Part shown: positions 48,496 to 58,277 of the stretch, piece after piece
Layout of the letters: every line of letters starts with the position of its first letter
Position numbering within the stretch: position 1 is the first letter of the stretch
Source: Patescibacteria group bacterium
GTDB lineage: Bacteria; Patescibacteriota; Minisyncoccia; Phycocordibacterales; CAIZLB01
Direction: 5' to 3'
Length of the DNA stretch: 64,000 bases
NCBI GenBank assembly: GCA_040384445.1
Contig: JAZKJG010000001.1
Coordinates: 249,483 to 313,482 of the forward strand
The notes under the pieces: generated by a model
Database searches by the model: none
The model's input: only the letters and a program-made list of their open reading frames with translations
What the model was told of the DNA's origin: nothing
Made by a program: the position numbers and the translations under genes

Positions 48496-49065
48496 TTACT
48501 TTTTCTTTTTTTGTTTTACTTTTTTCTTGACCACAGAAAGTGGTTTGAGTTTTGGAGGAACAAAAGCTAAGATGTGCGGCCTTAGACCATGAATTTCCTG
48601 GTTATTAACGTAGATGAAGTTTTTTGGACACCATCGTTTTTTAACCTCATTCCAATATGCTCCAAAAGTCTGAACTATTTTTCCGTCAGTAACCACAATA
48701 TGTCGAGTTTCTAACAGAGTAATACCGTAAGGTTTACAAAGACTATTGAGCACAGTCTGCCTATCATCTTTGATAAGCCTACCAAGCTCAAGATAACTCA
48801 TGAGACTTTTCTTTTTAAATTTTGCAGACACTGGTTGGTGATGAAAAATGAGATACATCCTAAGCGATGGATCCAAACTTTCTCTTAGCCGAGTATCAGC
48901 AAAGATGAAAAATCCATTACCTTGACCAAAACGACGAGGGTTAAATAATTCAGCACCTGGCTTAGCCATAATTGGGAAAGGTACTTTAAGCTCCTGATAC
49001 CTTTGATATTCTGCTCTAGGTTGCATAAGAAGAAGTGGGTTAATTGTTGAAAGAACTGCTTTCAA
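48496..49065 (-). CDS. Hypothetical protein, paralog B (189 aa, Lys-rich C-tail)
   Basis: Shares blocks P[FY]P..K.G..L...GxG[ND]G..(6)DT..R, LM..L.L..L[IL]KD..Q..L, [IV]VQT[FI]GA, W...RP.ILA..P.K with the gene at 49123..49638. Confidence 0.45.
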   Translation of the reverse strand: MKAVLSTINPLLLMQPRAEYQRYQELKVPFPIMAKPGAELFNPRRFGQGNGFFIFADTRLRESLDPSLRMYLIFHHQPVSAKFKKKSLMSYLELGRLIKDDRQTVLNSLCKPYGITLLETRHIVVTDGKIVQTFGAYWNEVKKRWCPKNFIYVNNQEIHGLRPHILAFVPPKLKPLSVVKKKVKQKKKK

Positions 49066-49122
49066 AGTACCACACTATATAAGAAGAAACCACCCTTTCG
49101 TGAGATTGGGTGGCCGAAGTAA

Positions 49123-49638
49123 TTATTTTTTCTCAACTTTTTGAGGAAGACACGCAAGAATCATTGGACGATATTTCCGGCTGACTCCTCTGTAATAGTT
49201 ATAGTGGTATACAAACCAGGTTCCAGTAGTACTACTCCGCTCAGCACCAATTGTCTGAACATGATCTTCCGATTCAGTAAAAGCAAAACGCGCTTCCACT
49301 CTTGAACATGTATATACCTTGTGAATTTTCCTTAAGAATTTTTGTGTTGGATCCTTAAGTAACATTTCCAAAGCAATATGATCCATAAGCAGTTTGTCGT
49401 TTAGCACAGGATCAGCTTTTCTTGAAAATGCATGAACGCTCGGTAAGGCTACACCCTCCCATTCATCCTGGTTGCAAAACCTATCAATTGTATCAAGGAG
49501 CAAACTGTGACCATCACCTATTCCAATGGTTCGAAGAGAATATCCATCTTTGTCCGAAAGTGGGTAAGGTTCCTTCAACCTTTCTGTTTGGCCTGCAAGA
49601 TAAACACGGTGTACAATAGGGCAAATTTTTTGAGACAT
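49123..49638 (-). CDS. Hypothetical protein, paralog A (171 aa)
   Basis: Paralog of 48496..49065; no known motif. Confidence 0.45.
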   Translation of the reverse strand: MSQKICPIVHRVYLAGQTERLKEPYPLSDKDGYSLRTIGIGDGHSLLLDTIDRFCNQDEWEGVALPSVHAFSRKADPVLNDKLLMDHIALEMLLKDPTQKFLRKIHKVYTCSRVEARFAFTESEDHVQTIGAERSSTTGTWFVYHYNYYRGVSRKYRPMILACLPQKVEKK

Positions 49639-49700
49639 AACAAAGATTGGTTAATATTTACTCACACAACAGTGTAAAGAGCTGTATTCAAAACTACCAC

Positions 49701-49734
49701 AAAAAAAGGACCCCGTACAGAGGTCCTTTTTTTC
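49701..49734. terminator. Bidirectional hairpin terminator
   Basis: aaaaaaa-ggacc-ccgtacaga-ggtcc-ttttttt. Confidence 0.5.
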
Positions 49735-49755
49735 TTATTAAAATTTTTAAATAAA

Positions 49756-50025
49756 TTAGATTTTTGTAAGGTGATTTGAAATCAGCTTAGTCATCTCAAA
49801 CATTGTAACAACTTTTTTTCCTCCGAAAACTTTTAGAAGTTTTTCGTCAGCAACGATATTTCGTTTATTTTTTGGATCTTGTAGATCAAGTTTTTTGATA
49901 TAAACCCAGATCTGCTTTGCAACCTCTGGTCGAGACAATGGTCCCTTCCCTACTACTGCTGCAAGATCTGCACTTAGATTCATAGGTTGAGTTAATCCTG
50001 AACCTGCTGTTTTTTTTGTTGGCAT
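49756..50025 (-). CDS. SWIB/MDM2-domain protein (~89 aa; start taken at internal ATG 50025)
   Basis: PMNLSADLAAVVGKGPLSRPEVAKQIWVYIKKLDLQDPKNKRNIVADEKLLKVFG matches the SWIB fold; the 166-aa ORF-track form would overlap the pheA start. Confidence 0.5.
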   Translation of the reverse strand: MPTKKTAGSGLTQPMNLSADLAAVVGKGPLSRPEVAKQIWVYIKKLDLQDPKNKRNIVADEKLLKVFGGKKVVTMFEMTKLISNHLTKI

Positions 50026-50116
50026 GGGGTTAGTATAGCCTATCCTAGGGGAGATTGCCATATGTTGACAACTAGCATATACTCTAGTCCAGCCCTTTAA
50101 CCCCCCCATACATATC

Positions 50117-51001
50117 ATGAAAACCTTACCGTACACATACCTAGGTCCCATTGGTACCACATTTTCTGCAGTTGCTTGGAAGCATTTCGTAAAACTATTT
50201 GGTGCACCTGATGGAGATGAGGTGAATTGTTTGCCAGCAGTGGCAAATGGAGACATCCTGAAAAGAGTAATGAGTCACCACGGCTATGGAGCTGTTGCTA
50301 TAACTACAAAATGCAGAGGAAAACTAAGAGAGTCATTAGATCCGTACGCAGATCTTTTGCTTCATTACTCTTCAAACGATGAGTGTCCGTTCACTGTAAT
50401 TGGTGCAGTCAACCTTAAGCTCAATTTCTGCCTGATGGCTAAGTCTACAGCTTCTATCACATCACTCAAAGGAGTTCTTTCTCATGAGGTTGGACTAGCA
50501 GCTTGCAAGAAATACATCAAAAAGCATGGTTTGGAAGAAATTAAAATGCAGACCAATGGACTTGCAGCTCGCGCTATAGCAAGTGAGGAAAAATATTCTC
50601 AGTTTGCTGCATTGGGTCCCTGTGAAGCCGCTGAAATATACGACCTCAACATCCTTGAGGAAAATGTGCAGGACAAGGAAGCATTTACATTGTTTACACT
50701 CGTAGGACCAAAGCAGCATAAAATCATACACGCAGAAAACAATTTGGCCATAGTAGTCTTCAATATACCAAATAGTCCAAATTCTCTCACACATGTTTTA
50801 TCACTGTTTGGTAGCCCAGGTTTAAATTTATCGTATATCCACCTCACTCATATTGAGGATTCGGAACGATATAATTTTCTCATAACAATGGAGGTACACA
50901 GAGATCAAATCCCTGACTTTAATCTGGCGATTCAACTCCTAGGTGAACAGGTCACTAGAAAATTCCTCACCTTCGGACCATTCCCAGTCATCCAAAAGTA
51001 G
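50117..51001 (+). CDS. pheA: Prephenate dehydratase (PDT domain + C-terminal ACT domain)
   Basis: 294 aa; N-terminus YLGPIGTTFSAVA resembles the PDT start; C-terminal ACT-like segment LFTLVGPK...LSLFGSPGLNLSYIHL. Confidence 0.5.
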   Translation: MKTLPYTYLGPIGTTFSAVAWKHFVKLFGAPDGDEVNCLPAVANGDILKRVMSHHGYGAVAITTKCRGKLRESLDPYADLLLHYSSNDECPFTVIGAVNLKLNFCLMAKSTASITSLKGVLSHEVGLAACKKYIKKHGLEEIKMQTNGLAARAIASEEKYSQFAALGPCEAAEIYDLNILEENVQDKEAFTLFTLVGPKQHKIIHAENNLAIVVFNIPNSPNSLTHVLSLFGSPGLNLSYIHLTHIEDSERYNFLITMEVHRDQIPDFNLAIQLLGEQVTRKFLTFGPFPVIQK

Positions 51002-51013
51002 GATAAAACCTCA

Positions 51014-51051
51014 AACCCCGGACGTCACATCAACGTTCCGGGGTTCTTTTA
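51014..51051 (+). terminator. Intrinsic terminator
   Basis: aaccccgga-(cgtcacatcaacgt)-tccggggtt followed by ctttt. Confidence 0.55.
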
Positions 51052-51097
51052 TATACAGTACCTTGCACTACATAGTACTATATGATACATTTTAGAT

Positions 51098-51436
51098 ATG
51101 CCAATAAAAGATTCACAAATCGAAAACACAAAAGCGCAAATGAGAAAAGGAACTCTTGAGTTTTGTATTCTACTTATTATTGCTCGTGGACGTGTATACG
51201 CTTCTGAAATTCTAGAAGAATTAAAAAGTTCTGACATGATTGTTGTCGAAGGAACACTCTATCCCCTTTTGAGTAGATTACGAACTGCCGGACTCTTAGA
51301 ACATACATGGGAAGAATCACGGAGTGGACCACCTCGGAAATACTACACCCTCACTCCAGATGGAAAAGAAAGTTTGCACGACTTAAAGACAACATGGAAA
51401 AAATTATCAGCATCAATAACTACACTTACAAAATAA
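51098..51436 (+). CDS. PadR-family transcriptional regulator
   Basis: 112 aa; GTLEFCILLIIARGRVYASEILEEL...GTLYPLLSRLRTAGLLE is the PadR wHTH. Confidence 0.8.
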   Translation: MPIKDSQIENTKAQMRKGTLEFCILLIIARGRVYASEILEELKSSDMIVVEGTLYPLLSRLRTAGLLEHTWEESRSGPPRKYYTLTPDGKESLHDLKTTWKKLSASITTLTK

Positions 51437-51440
51437 CTAT

Positions 51441-53144
51441 ATGAAAAAAGCACTCCAAATAACACTCGCAGGAAATCTCTTCACCATAGAAGAAGATGCG
51501 TACAACACATTACATAGTTACCTTACCTCTATTAAAGAGTATTTTACACACATAACTGATAGTGATGATGTTGTTGAAGATATTGAGGCTCGTATTGCCG
51601 AGCAACTGTTGGAGAAAATAAAACATCACAACAATATTGTAACTCTCACTGATGTGGATCATGTTATGGAGTCAATGGGAACTATTGAAGAAATCAGTGG
51701 TACGTCCACTACAGAACCTACAAAAACAAATACAGCAGAGGAATCTACTCCAACTCGAAGATTGTATAGAAGCGCAGATGATGTTGTAATCGCCGGAGTC
51801 GCTTCTGGAGTGGCATCATATTTTGGAGTAGATACATTTGCAATGAGAATAGTATTTGTTCTTGCACTTATGGCAACAGGAGGAGGATTTATCTTTGTAT
51901 ACATTGCAGCCGCACTTTTAATCCCTCAAGCAAAAACTGCAACTGATAAGGTAAAAATGAAAGGTGGTCCAGTGACACTCGCTTCATTTAAAGACACATT
52001 TAACGAACAAATGGATGCGGTAAAAGTAAACAGTTCATCCCTTCGACAAACTGTAGAGAAAATGTTTTACATGATTGGAAATATTATAAGAACAATTGTT
52101 AAAGTTATTGTAAAAATAATTGGAGCATTTCTTGTGGTTGGCGCTGCATTTGCTAGTTTTGTACAAATTTTTATTGCAGGCAATCTTCTCTTTAACTACA
52201 ATTCTCCGTATATTGATTTTCCTCTTACACAAGTAATTTCACAACCAATCTATTATCTTCTTATTCTTATTGCATTCTTAACAGTCTTCATTCCGACACT
52301 ATTTGTAGGCTCACTTGGAATAATGATTCTGTCGCGTAAATCAAGAATAAGTAATACAACAGCTATGATTTTGGGTGGAATCTGGATTATTGCAGTTATA
52401 CTTGCAGGAACTCTTGGATTTAGAACAGGTCTTGATGTACAACAAAAAATCAAGAGTTTACCTGAGTATCAATCAGCAACTCAAACTCTTGAGCAAAGTC
52501 CATTTACAGGAATAGAACTTCACGGAAGACACGAAGTGACATATGTTGAAAGTGATATCTATAAAGTAACTGTACAAGGACGACAAATTGATATCGACAA
52601 AGCACTCATAATTGTTGAGAATAATATTTTGAAAATTGATACTGCACCTCGAAAAGATTTCTGTCTTATCTGTATGGATGGTGAAAGATTACAAATAGAA
52701 GTAGCAGCTCCAAGTATGAATTCAGTATTTATTGATGACGTAGGACATTTCAAATCATCAAATCTCGATGCTGAAAATATTTCAATTACAATAAAAGATG
52801 CAGGTTCTGCACACATTGGCGTAAACGCAAAAATCCTGCATGTCGATGTTGAACAAGCAGGAAGATTGAGAATGCATGGCACATCGACAGATGTAACACT
52901 TTTACTTGAAGATGCAGCACGATTTGATGGAGACGAATTAGCGATGACAAATGTAACTGCAACACTGAAGGATGGTGGACGTGCTCACATTGAAGCAACG
53001 GGCTCAATACAAATTACTGCTGCAGATGGAGCTCGAGCTACGTATGTAGGAACGAATCCAAACATCACGATTGAAGATGGTGCGCGAGTTGAGAATGTGA
53101 GTTCAAGCACAAAGAGAGCTGTTGATCTTTCAAATAGTTATTAG
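51441..53144 (+). CDS. PspC-domain membrane protein with C-terminal DUF4097/DUF2807 beta-helical repeats
   Basis: 567 aa; PspC motif YRSADDVVIAGVASGVASYFGVDTFAMRIVFVL; several TM; C-terminal G/D-rich repeats; 4-nt gap after padR. Confidence 0.7.
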   Translation: MKKALQITLAGNLFTIEEDAYNTLHSYLTSIKEYFTHITDSDDVVEDIEARIAEQLLEKIKHHNNIVTLTDVDHVMESMGTIEEISGTSTTEPTKTNTAEESTPTRRLYRSADDVVIAGVASGVASYFGVDTFAMRIVFVLALMATGGGFIFVYIAAALLIPQAKTATDKVKMKGGPVTLASFKDTFNEQMDAVKVNSSSLRQTVEKMFYMIGNIIRTIVKVIVKIIGAFLVVGAAFASFVQIFIAGNLLFNYNSPYIDFPLTQVISQPIYYLLILIAFLTVFIPTLFVGSLGIMILSRKSRISNTTAMILGGIWIIAVILAGTLGFRTGLDVQQKIKSLPEYQSATQTLEQSPFTGIELHGRHEVTYVESDIYKVTVQGRQIDIDKALIIVENNILKIDTAPRKDFCLICMDGERLQIEVAAPSMNSVFIDDVGHFKSSNLDAENISITIKDAGSAHIGVNAKILHVDVEQAGRLRMHGTSTDVTLLLEDAARFDGDELAMTNVTATLKDGGRAHIEATGSIQITAADGARATYVGTNPNITIEDGARVENVSSSTKRAVDLSNSY

Positions 53145-53617
53145 ATTTGTTGTGATTTACTTTTCACACATATTCCCGCAATTACACCAATCAAAAGACC
53201 AAACACGAGAGCAAATACAAATTGTGCAGCCATATCTATTCCAATAATTTGTGTATTTGTTTTATCGGTCAACTTATACACTTCGCCGATAGAAGCCACG
53301 ATTTCAGGATTGATGAACGTGTAGTATGCAAGAAATATAAATGGTGAAATCAAACCAAAGACAAGGGAAATTTTAAGACTCTCTCTTATTGCCTCTTTGT
53401 ATGACAATATGCCTGCTCGTTCTTTTTTCTTAGAGACCATTCCCCAGATGATTACAATAACAGGTGCAATCATAAGAAATATAGTTTGAACCATAGCATG
53501 ATCTTCGAAAGACTGATTTCTTCCAGTAAACTCCATGATTGCTAAACAAATGATTGTAAGTGAGCAAAGTATGAGTGCAAATTTTGTATGGTTTTTCATA
53601 TGTATGTAGTATATCAA
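53141..53617 (-). CDS. Membrane protein (158 aa), hypothetical
   Basis: 4 TM helices; probable start at internal Met 53599. Confidence 0.4.
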   Translation of the reverse strand: MIYYIHMKNHTKFALILCSLTIICLAIMEFTGRNQSFEDHAMVQTIFLMIAPVIVIIWGMVSKKKERAGILSYKEAIRESLKISLVFGLISPFIFLAYYTFINPEIVASIGEVYKLTDKTNTQIIGIDMAAQFVFALVFGLLIGVIAGICVKSKSQQI

Positions 53618-53647
53618 TAATACCGTGAAAAATCCCTAGCTAGGGAG

Positions 53648-54109
53648 CTAGTCTAGCTCACTCAACAGATTTTCAATATCAAGCTTTTCAGTTACCATTT
53701 CCACTTCTCCATCATTACTCACTTTCCATTCAGACCTCGGACGATCTACATATAACTCTAATCCAATATCATCAGGATCATTTAAATACAATGCTTCAGA
53801 TACTCCGTGATCAGCACTTCCTGTAAGTGGATAGTTTGCATCAATAAGTTTCTGTAGTGCTTGTGCGAGTGATTTTCGTGTTGGAAATAAAATTGCAAAA
53901 TGAAACAACCCTGAGTGACCTTTAGGCGGTGGAGTAACACCCTTACCTGCCCATGTGTTTAATCCAATATGATGATGGTAACCACCCGTAGAAAGAAATA
54001 CAGCAGAATCACCGTACCGAGTTGTAATTTCAAATCCCAGCAAATCTTTATAGAACGCGAGTGAGCGATCGAGATCTGCAACAGTAAGATGTACGTGACC
54101 TATATTCAT
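53648..54109 (-). CDS. VOC-family (glyoxalase/bleomycin-resistance/dioxygenase) protein
   Basis: 153 aa; IGHVHLTVADLDRSLAFYKDLLGFE.... Confidence 0.7.
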   Translation of the reverse strand: MNIGHVHLTVADLDRSLAFYKDLLGFEITTRYGDSAVFLSTGGYHHHIGLNTWAGKGVTPPPKGHSGLFHFAILFPTRKSLAQALQKLIDANYPLTGSADHGVSEALYLNDPDDIGLELYVDRPRSEWKVSNDGEVEMVTEKLDIENLLSELD

Positions 54110-54570
54110 TAGATTGTTTCCACCAAAGTCTTAAGTGCCTCAAGAGCTTTAGGCCATGCTTCATTCATATATGGAATAAATTCATCAATCACCATTAATT
54201 CAATTGTAAGCTCAGTTCCTCCTTCTTTTTCAATAACAGTATAATTCTCATGTGATCCTGCCCATTTTTGTACACGTTCACTTTCAGTATCTTCAACTCC
54301 ATCATTTATTTCACCAATATGTTTAAAAGAAATAAACTCGTTAGGAATATATTTTTCTACAACAGAAACCATTCCCCCGATGCTTTCTGGTTTTTCTGGA
54401 TTTGGTCCGAGGAAGTGGATTTTTGATCCTTCTGTTATTTCCCCTTCATACCATGACCCACCTTCGTTAAATGGAAGCGTCCAGATTTTATATGATTCTT
54501 TATCAAGCATTGTTGAGAGTACTTTCTCAGGCGATGCGTTGATGTGTGTTGTGAAGTGTAGTGTTTGCAT
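54109..54570 (-). CDS. SRPBCC (AHSA1/START-like) domain protein
   Basis: 153 aa; helix-grip-type pattern; overlaps the VOC gene by 1 nt. Confidence 0.55.
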   Translation of the reverse strand: MQTLHFTTHINASPEKVLSTMLDKESYKIWTLPFNEGGSWYEGEITEGSKIHFLGPNPEKPESIGGMVSVVEKYIPNEFISFKHIGEINDGVEDTESERVQKWAGSHENYTVIEKEGGTELTIELMVIDEFIPYMNEAWPKALEALKTLVETI

Positions 54571-54584
54571 ATGGTTATTATAAA

Positions 54585-54821
54585 TTATTTTTGTTTTTTT
54601 GAAAATATATCTAGTTTTTTAAAGGTTATATATATCCCTAAAGGTACAATTATTAATATGAATGGATCATAAAATTTAATTATCCCTAGTTGAATGAAAA
54701 CAGTCTGAAAAAGCCTATCTGCAGATGTTGCCCATAAACTACCTAAAAATCCAAGCATAACACCTAAAGCCAATAATCCTATATTGAAATTATATTCATT
54801 GGGTTTAATTTTATTAGACAT
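54585..54821 (-). CDS. Small membrane protein (~78 aa; start taken at internal ATG 54821)
   Basis: Two TM helices; the longer ORF-track form would overlap the Nudix gene by 120 nt. Confidence 0.3.
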   Translation of the reverse strand: MSNKIKPNEYNFNIGLLALGVMLGFLGSLWATSADRLFQTVFIQLGIIKFYDPFILIIVPLGIYITFKKLDIFSKKQK

Positions 54822-55194
54822 AATATTTTTTATTATTTTTATACGCATCAAAAGAAAGCTTACACAAATCAAACATCGGCTCAGGGATACTATCCAGATC
54901 ATACCAATCCCAACCCTCCGTCTTCTCTGGCTCAATCACCTGAGGCTCACCACTTTCCCATTCTGCAGTCATAGTTAAGTGTACATAATGTTTTGGTGCA
55001 TATTGTTTTGCATTTGTTAAATATAAAAACTGTAAATTTTTAATCTCTATTCCAGTTTCTTCTTTAGTTTCTCGAATTGCACACTCTTCAAATGATTCCA
55101 TGTATTCAAGATGTCCTCCTGGAAAACTATACTCACCAGCACCATGAGATCCTTTTCGTTTAGACATTAACACTTTCCCATTTTTGAATATCAT
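54814..55194 (-). CDS. NUDIX hydrolase
   Basis: Nudix box GGHLEYMESFEECAIRETKEETGI (Gx5Ex7REUxEExGU); start taken at MIFKNGK. Confidence 0.75.
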   Translation of the reverse strand: MIFKNGKVLMSKRKGSHGAGEYSFPGGHLEYMESFEECAIRETKEETGIEIKNLQFLYLTNAKQYAPKHYVHLTMTAEWESGEPQVIEPEKTEGWDWYDLDSIPEPMFDLCKLSFDAYKNNKKYYV

Positions 55195-55313
55195 CACGCC
55201 CACTCCAACTTTAGTTATATGTTGTGAATTTTCCATATGTGAATATTACCATTTCCATCATTTGCTATTTACCCCAAAACATGACATAGTGTTCCTCAGA
55301 ACCTTCCATCTTT

Positions 55314-55571
55314 ATGCACCCTACAACAAACACACCCGCCCCTCCCTTGTGGAGTTCCCTATTCTGGTTTGGACTCATTGCCTTCATCTTACAGGAAAAA
55401 GGCATGCTCACCTTCGGCATCTGCCTATTTGCCGTCCTGTTTCTTGCAATGACTTATGCAGTCAAATGCAGGATCAATACAGGAAACAAGTGGGTAGCCA
55501 CACTCGTAGCAACTCTCTGGAGCCTTGCAATTGGTCTCTGGTTTACCTACCTCAAAGCCTTCCGTGTATGA
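55314..55571 (+). CDS. Small membrane protein (85 aa), hypothetical
   Basis: 2-3 TM helices. Confidence 0.35.
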   Translation: MHPTTNTPAPPLWSSLFWFGLIAFILQEKGMLTFGICLFAVLFLAMTYAVKCRINTGNKWVATLVATLWSLAIGLWFTYLKAFRV

Positions 55572-55816
55572 ACAATAATCAGTCCTTCATTCCATCATAC
55601 GGTTCATTCCTTATCCTCGCCTTGTCTGCTTCCATTTTTTATTTCTGCGGAAAGGAAAGCGGGTATGCATTGATGTTCTGGATTGGAGCAGGATCATTCA
55701 CTTTTGCAGCCCTCATGTTTCTCCGACACAACGGGGATCTGCACTTGAGAAATATCTTAGCTTGCATCCTTTCTTTTGCATTCGCCTTCGCATTCTTTAA
55801 GCTCGCCCGAGGATAA
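55568..55816 (+). CDS. Small membrane protein (82 aa), hypothetical; tandem to the previous gene
   Basis: In-frame ATG at 55568 inside ORF 55184..55816; similar size and TM architecture to 55314..55571. Confidence 0.3.
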   Translation: MNNNQSFIPSYGSFLILALSASIFYFCGKESGYALMFWIGAGSFTFAALMFLRHNGDLHLRNILACILSFAFAFAFFKLARG

Positions 55817-55908
55817 AACTCCCAACACCCACCAAGGTCACACTTGTGTGGGTTGTTTTTATATCACACCACAACATTTCAAAAACTTCTCCTGTATACT
55901 CTCTAGAT

Positions 55909-56541
55909 ATGACAAACATCACAAAAGCATTGCATTGGCGCTATGCAACAAAAAAATTTGATCTATCTAAAAAGATTTCTCCTGAGACACTTACAGATCT
56001 TAAAGAAAGTATCAGATTAGCACCTTCATCGTACGGACTACAACCATATACAATTATTGATGTTTCAATTCCAGAAATTAGAGAAAAATTAAAAGATGCT
56101 GCATACGGACAAACACAGCTCACAGATGCGTCACATCTTTTTGTGTTTGCTGTCCCTACAGATATGAATGAAGCTCATGCTGATGAGTTTATTAGTGCCC
56201 ATGCAACTATTCGCAATGTACCAGTTGAATCTCTTGCAGGATATGCAGGTATGATTAAAGATAATATCGCATCGAAAACAACTGAACAGAAAATTATATG
56301 GGCGGAAAAGCAGGCATATATTGCTCTTGGATTTTTACTTGAAACTGCAGCACTGCTTGAAGTGGATGCTGCTCCTATGGAAGGTTTTGAAGCAGCGAAA
56401 TTTGATGAGATTCTCGGATTAAAAGCAAAGAATCTGACCACTGCAGTTATCTGCCCCATTGGATACCGCGCACACGATGATGAATATGCAAATCAACCAA
56501 AGGTACGAAAAACTGAGAGTGAATTGTTTTTGAGTCTATAA
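55909..56541 (+). CDS. NAD(P)H nitroreductase family protein
   Basis: Start at internal ATG (MTNITKALHWRYATKKF...); nitroreductase fold motifs. Confidence 0.7.
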   Translation: MTNITKALHWRYATKKFDLSKKISPETLTDLKESIRLAPSSYGLQPYTIIDVSIPEIREKLKDAAYGQTQLTDASHLFVFAVPTDMNEAHADEFISAHATIRNVPVESLAGYAGMIKDNIASKTTEQKIIWAEKQAYIALGFLLETAALLEVDAAPMEGFEAAKFDEILGLKAKNLTTAVICPIGYRAHDDEYANQPKVRKTESELFLSL

Positions 56542-57876
56542 TTTTACCTCCATCAACTCCTCCCACACTGTCGTAAACCTCGGACTCATAAGATTACGCT
56601 TCATGCCCCAGCCTGAAGCGTTTTTCTTTGCAGAATTAATTCTCTTCAACTTATCAGGAGTACCCTGTGATGCCAACACAAGAGAATGTTGTCCATACTT
56701 TTTATTTATCCTATCAAGAGCATCCATCACTTCGTTTTTATCTGTATTCATAAAATCAAACAACGAATTCACTTGTGACGATTCAGGATTCAAATCATTA
56801 AACACAACTCCCGCTTTTACATATTGAAACAGCTCTCCATTATTCGCATATTTTTTAAAACATTTTTTAAATAAATTAAACGCAACTCTGTTTAAAATAA
56901 ATGTATCGTTTGTAGCTCGTACTAAGTTAGCTGATGCAGTCCCTTGATACCTAAGCTCCGCATGACGGCCAGTTGAAATATATACCGTAATTCTCGAGCA
57001 GATTAATTTTTCTTGCCGTAACTTTTCTGCCCCTCTTCCAATGTGTGTTGATACTGCTTGGAGTATCAATTTTGGATCAGTTACTTTTTGACCGAACATT
57101 CGACTCCGAATTAAACTCTTTCTCTGCTCACCTACAAGATCGAGAAATATACACGGAATTCCTTTAAGCTCTAGACATGTTCGCTCTAACACTACGTTAT
57201 ACTTTTTCCGCATTGCTAAAGGTTCAGCATTCATCAAATCTCGTGCCGTCAACAATCCAACATCTTGTAGTCTTCTTCCCCACGCTCGTCCAACACCCCA
57301 CACATCAGTGATACTTAAATTTTCTATAAACGTTGCTTTATCCTCATGCTCCCAAAAACATACACATGGTATCTTTTTCGCTTTCAATAATTTCTTCGCA
57401 TATTCACTTCCAACTTTGGCAAGTGTTTTTGTTTCAGCAATAGAAATTCGAACTGGAATACCAGTACCCTTAAGAACCTCTCTGTACATAGTCTCCGCAA
57501 GATTTTGTAAACGTATTCGCTCATCTGCAATATTATCTTCATCAGTATTTAAATAAATAAAAGCCTCATCAATAGAACACTGTTCAACCTCATCGCTAAA
57601 TCGTGAGATCACCTGCATTACTCTTCTACTCATATCTGCATACAAACAATAGTTAGAGGAAAATACTGAAACCTTAAATTCCTCAAGTGTTTTCTTTACT
57701 TGATAAAACGGTGTACCTACCATCACACCGAGAGCTTTTACTTCTGGAGTAAGTGATACGACGGCCCCATCATTGTTCGACAATACGCATATTGGTTTAT
57801 CTTTTAAATCAGGCCGAAATGCCCGCTCGCATGAACAGTAAAAAGATGAGCAATCGATGAGTGCAAAGAGTTTCAT
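56536..57876 (-). CDS. umuC: Y-family translesion DNA polymerase (UmuC-like)
   Basis: 446 aa; MKLFALIDCSSFYCSCERAF... N-terminus typical of UmuC/ImpB; 4-nt overlap with the upstream umuD. Confidence 0.8.
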   Translation of the reverse strand: MKLFALIDCSSFYCSCERAFRPDLKDKPICVLSNNDGAVVSLTPEVKALGVMVGTPFYQVKKTLEEFKVSVFSSNYCLYADMSRRVMQVISRFSDEVEQCSIDEAFIYLNTDEDNIADERIRLQNLAETMYREVLKGTGIPVRISIAETKTLAKVGSEYAKKLLKAKKIPCVCFWEHEDKATFIENLSITDVWGVGRAWGRRLQDVGLLTARDLMNAEPLAMRKKYNVVLERTCLELKGIPCIFLDLVGEQRKSLIRSRMFGQKVTDPKLILQAVSTHIGRGAEKLRQEKLICSRITVYISTGRHAELRYQGTASANLVRATNDTFILNRVAFNLFKKCFKKYANNGELFQYVKAGVVFNDLNPESSQVNSLFDFMNTDKNEVMDALDRINKKYGQHSLVLASQGTPDKLKRINSAKKNASGWGMKRNLMSPRFTTVWEELMEVKL

Positions 57877-58271
57877 TTTCGAAGTATTCGAGCAAAACCT
57901 GTAACCACTCCCCAGATCTGCACATCTTGTTCACTCTCAGGGATGATGTCAGGAAATTCTTCGTTCGACGCTTCGAAGATAATGCAGCTTCCTTTTTTTC
58001 TAAATGTTTTAACCGTAAATTCACTATCAATTACCGCAATTACAATATCTCCGTCACGAGCATCCAAATCTCTGCGCACATGTAAAATATCACCTGGCAT
58101 AATGCCAGAATTTTTCATCGACATTCCAACAGCCCTCACGTAAAAAGATGTTGCTTCATCAACTTGAAACAAATCATTTATATCTATATTTTTTTCCAAA
58201 TAGTCATCTGCTTGAGATGGAAATCCTGCCTGAACTTGAGTTGTAAAAAATGGGATTGTTTTCGCGAGCAT
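57873..58271 (-). CDS. umuD: UmuD-like S24 self-cleaving protein (no HTH)
   Basis: 132 aa; aligns to E. coli UmuD (VQAGFPSQADDY...GMSM...GDIVIA...EFTVK); Ser and Lys catalytic residues present. Confidence 0.75.
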   Translation of the reverse strand: MLAKTIPFFTTQVQAGFPSQADDYLEKNIDINDLFQVDEATSFYVRAVGMSMKNSGIMPGDILHVRRDLDARDGDIVIAVIDSEFTVKTFRKKGSCIIFEASNEEFPDIIPESEQDVQIWGVVTGFARILRK

Positions 58272-58277
58272 GGTGTA

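Noticed and set aside
49756-50256. Full 166-aa form of the SWIB ORF
   Set aside because: The N-terminal 77 codons overlap the pheA start region on the opposite strand and lack SWIB similarity; trimmed to the internal ATG at 50025.
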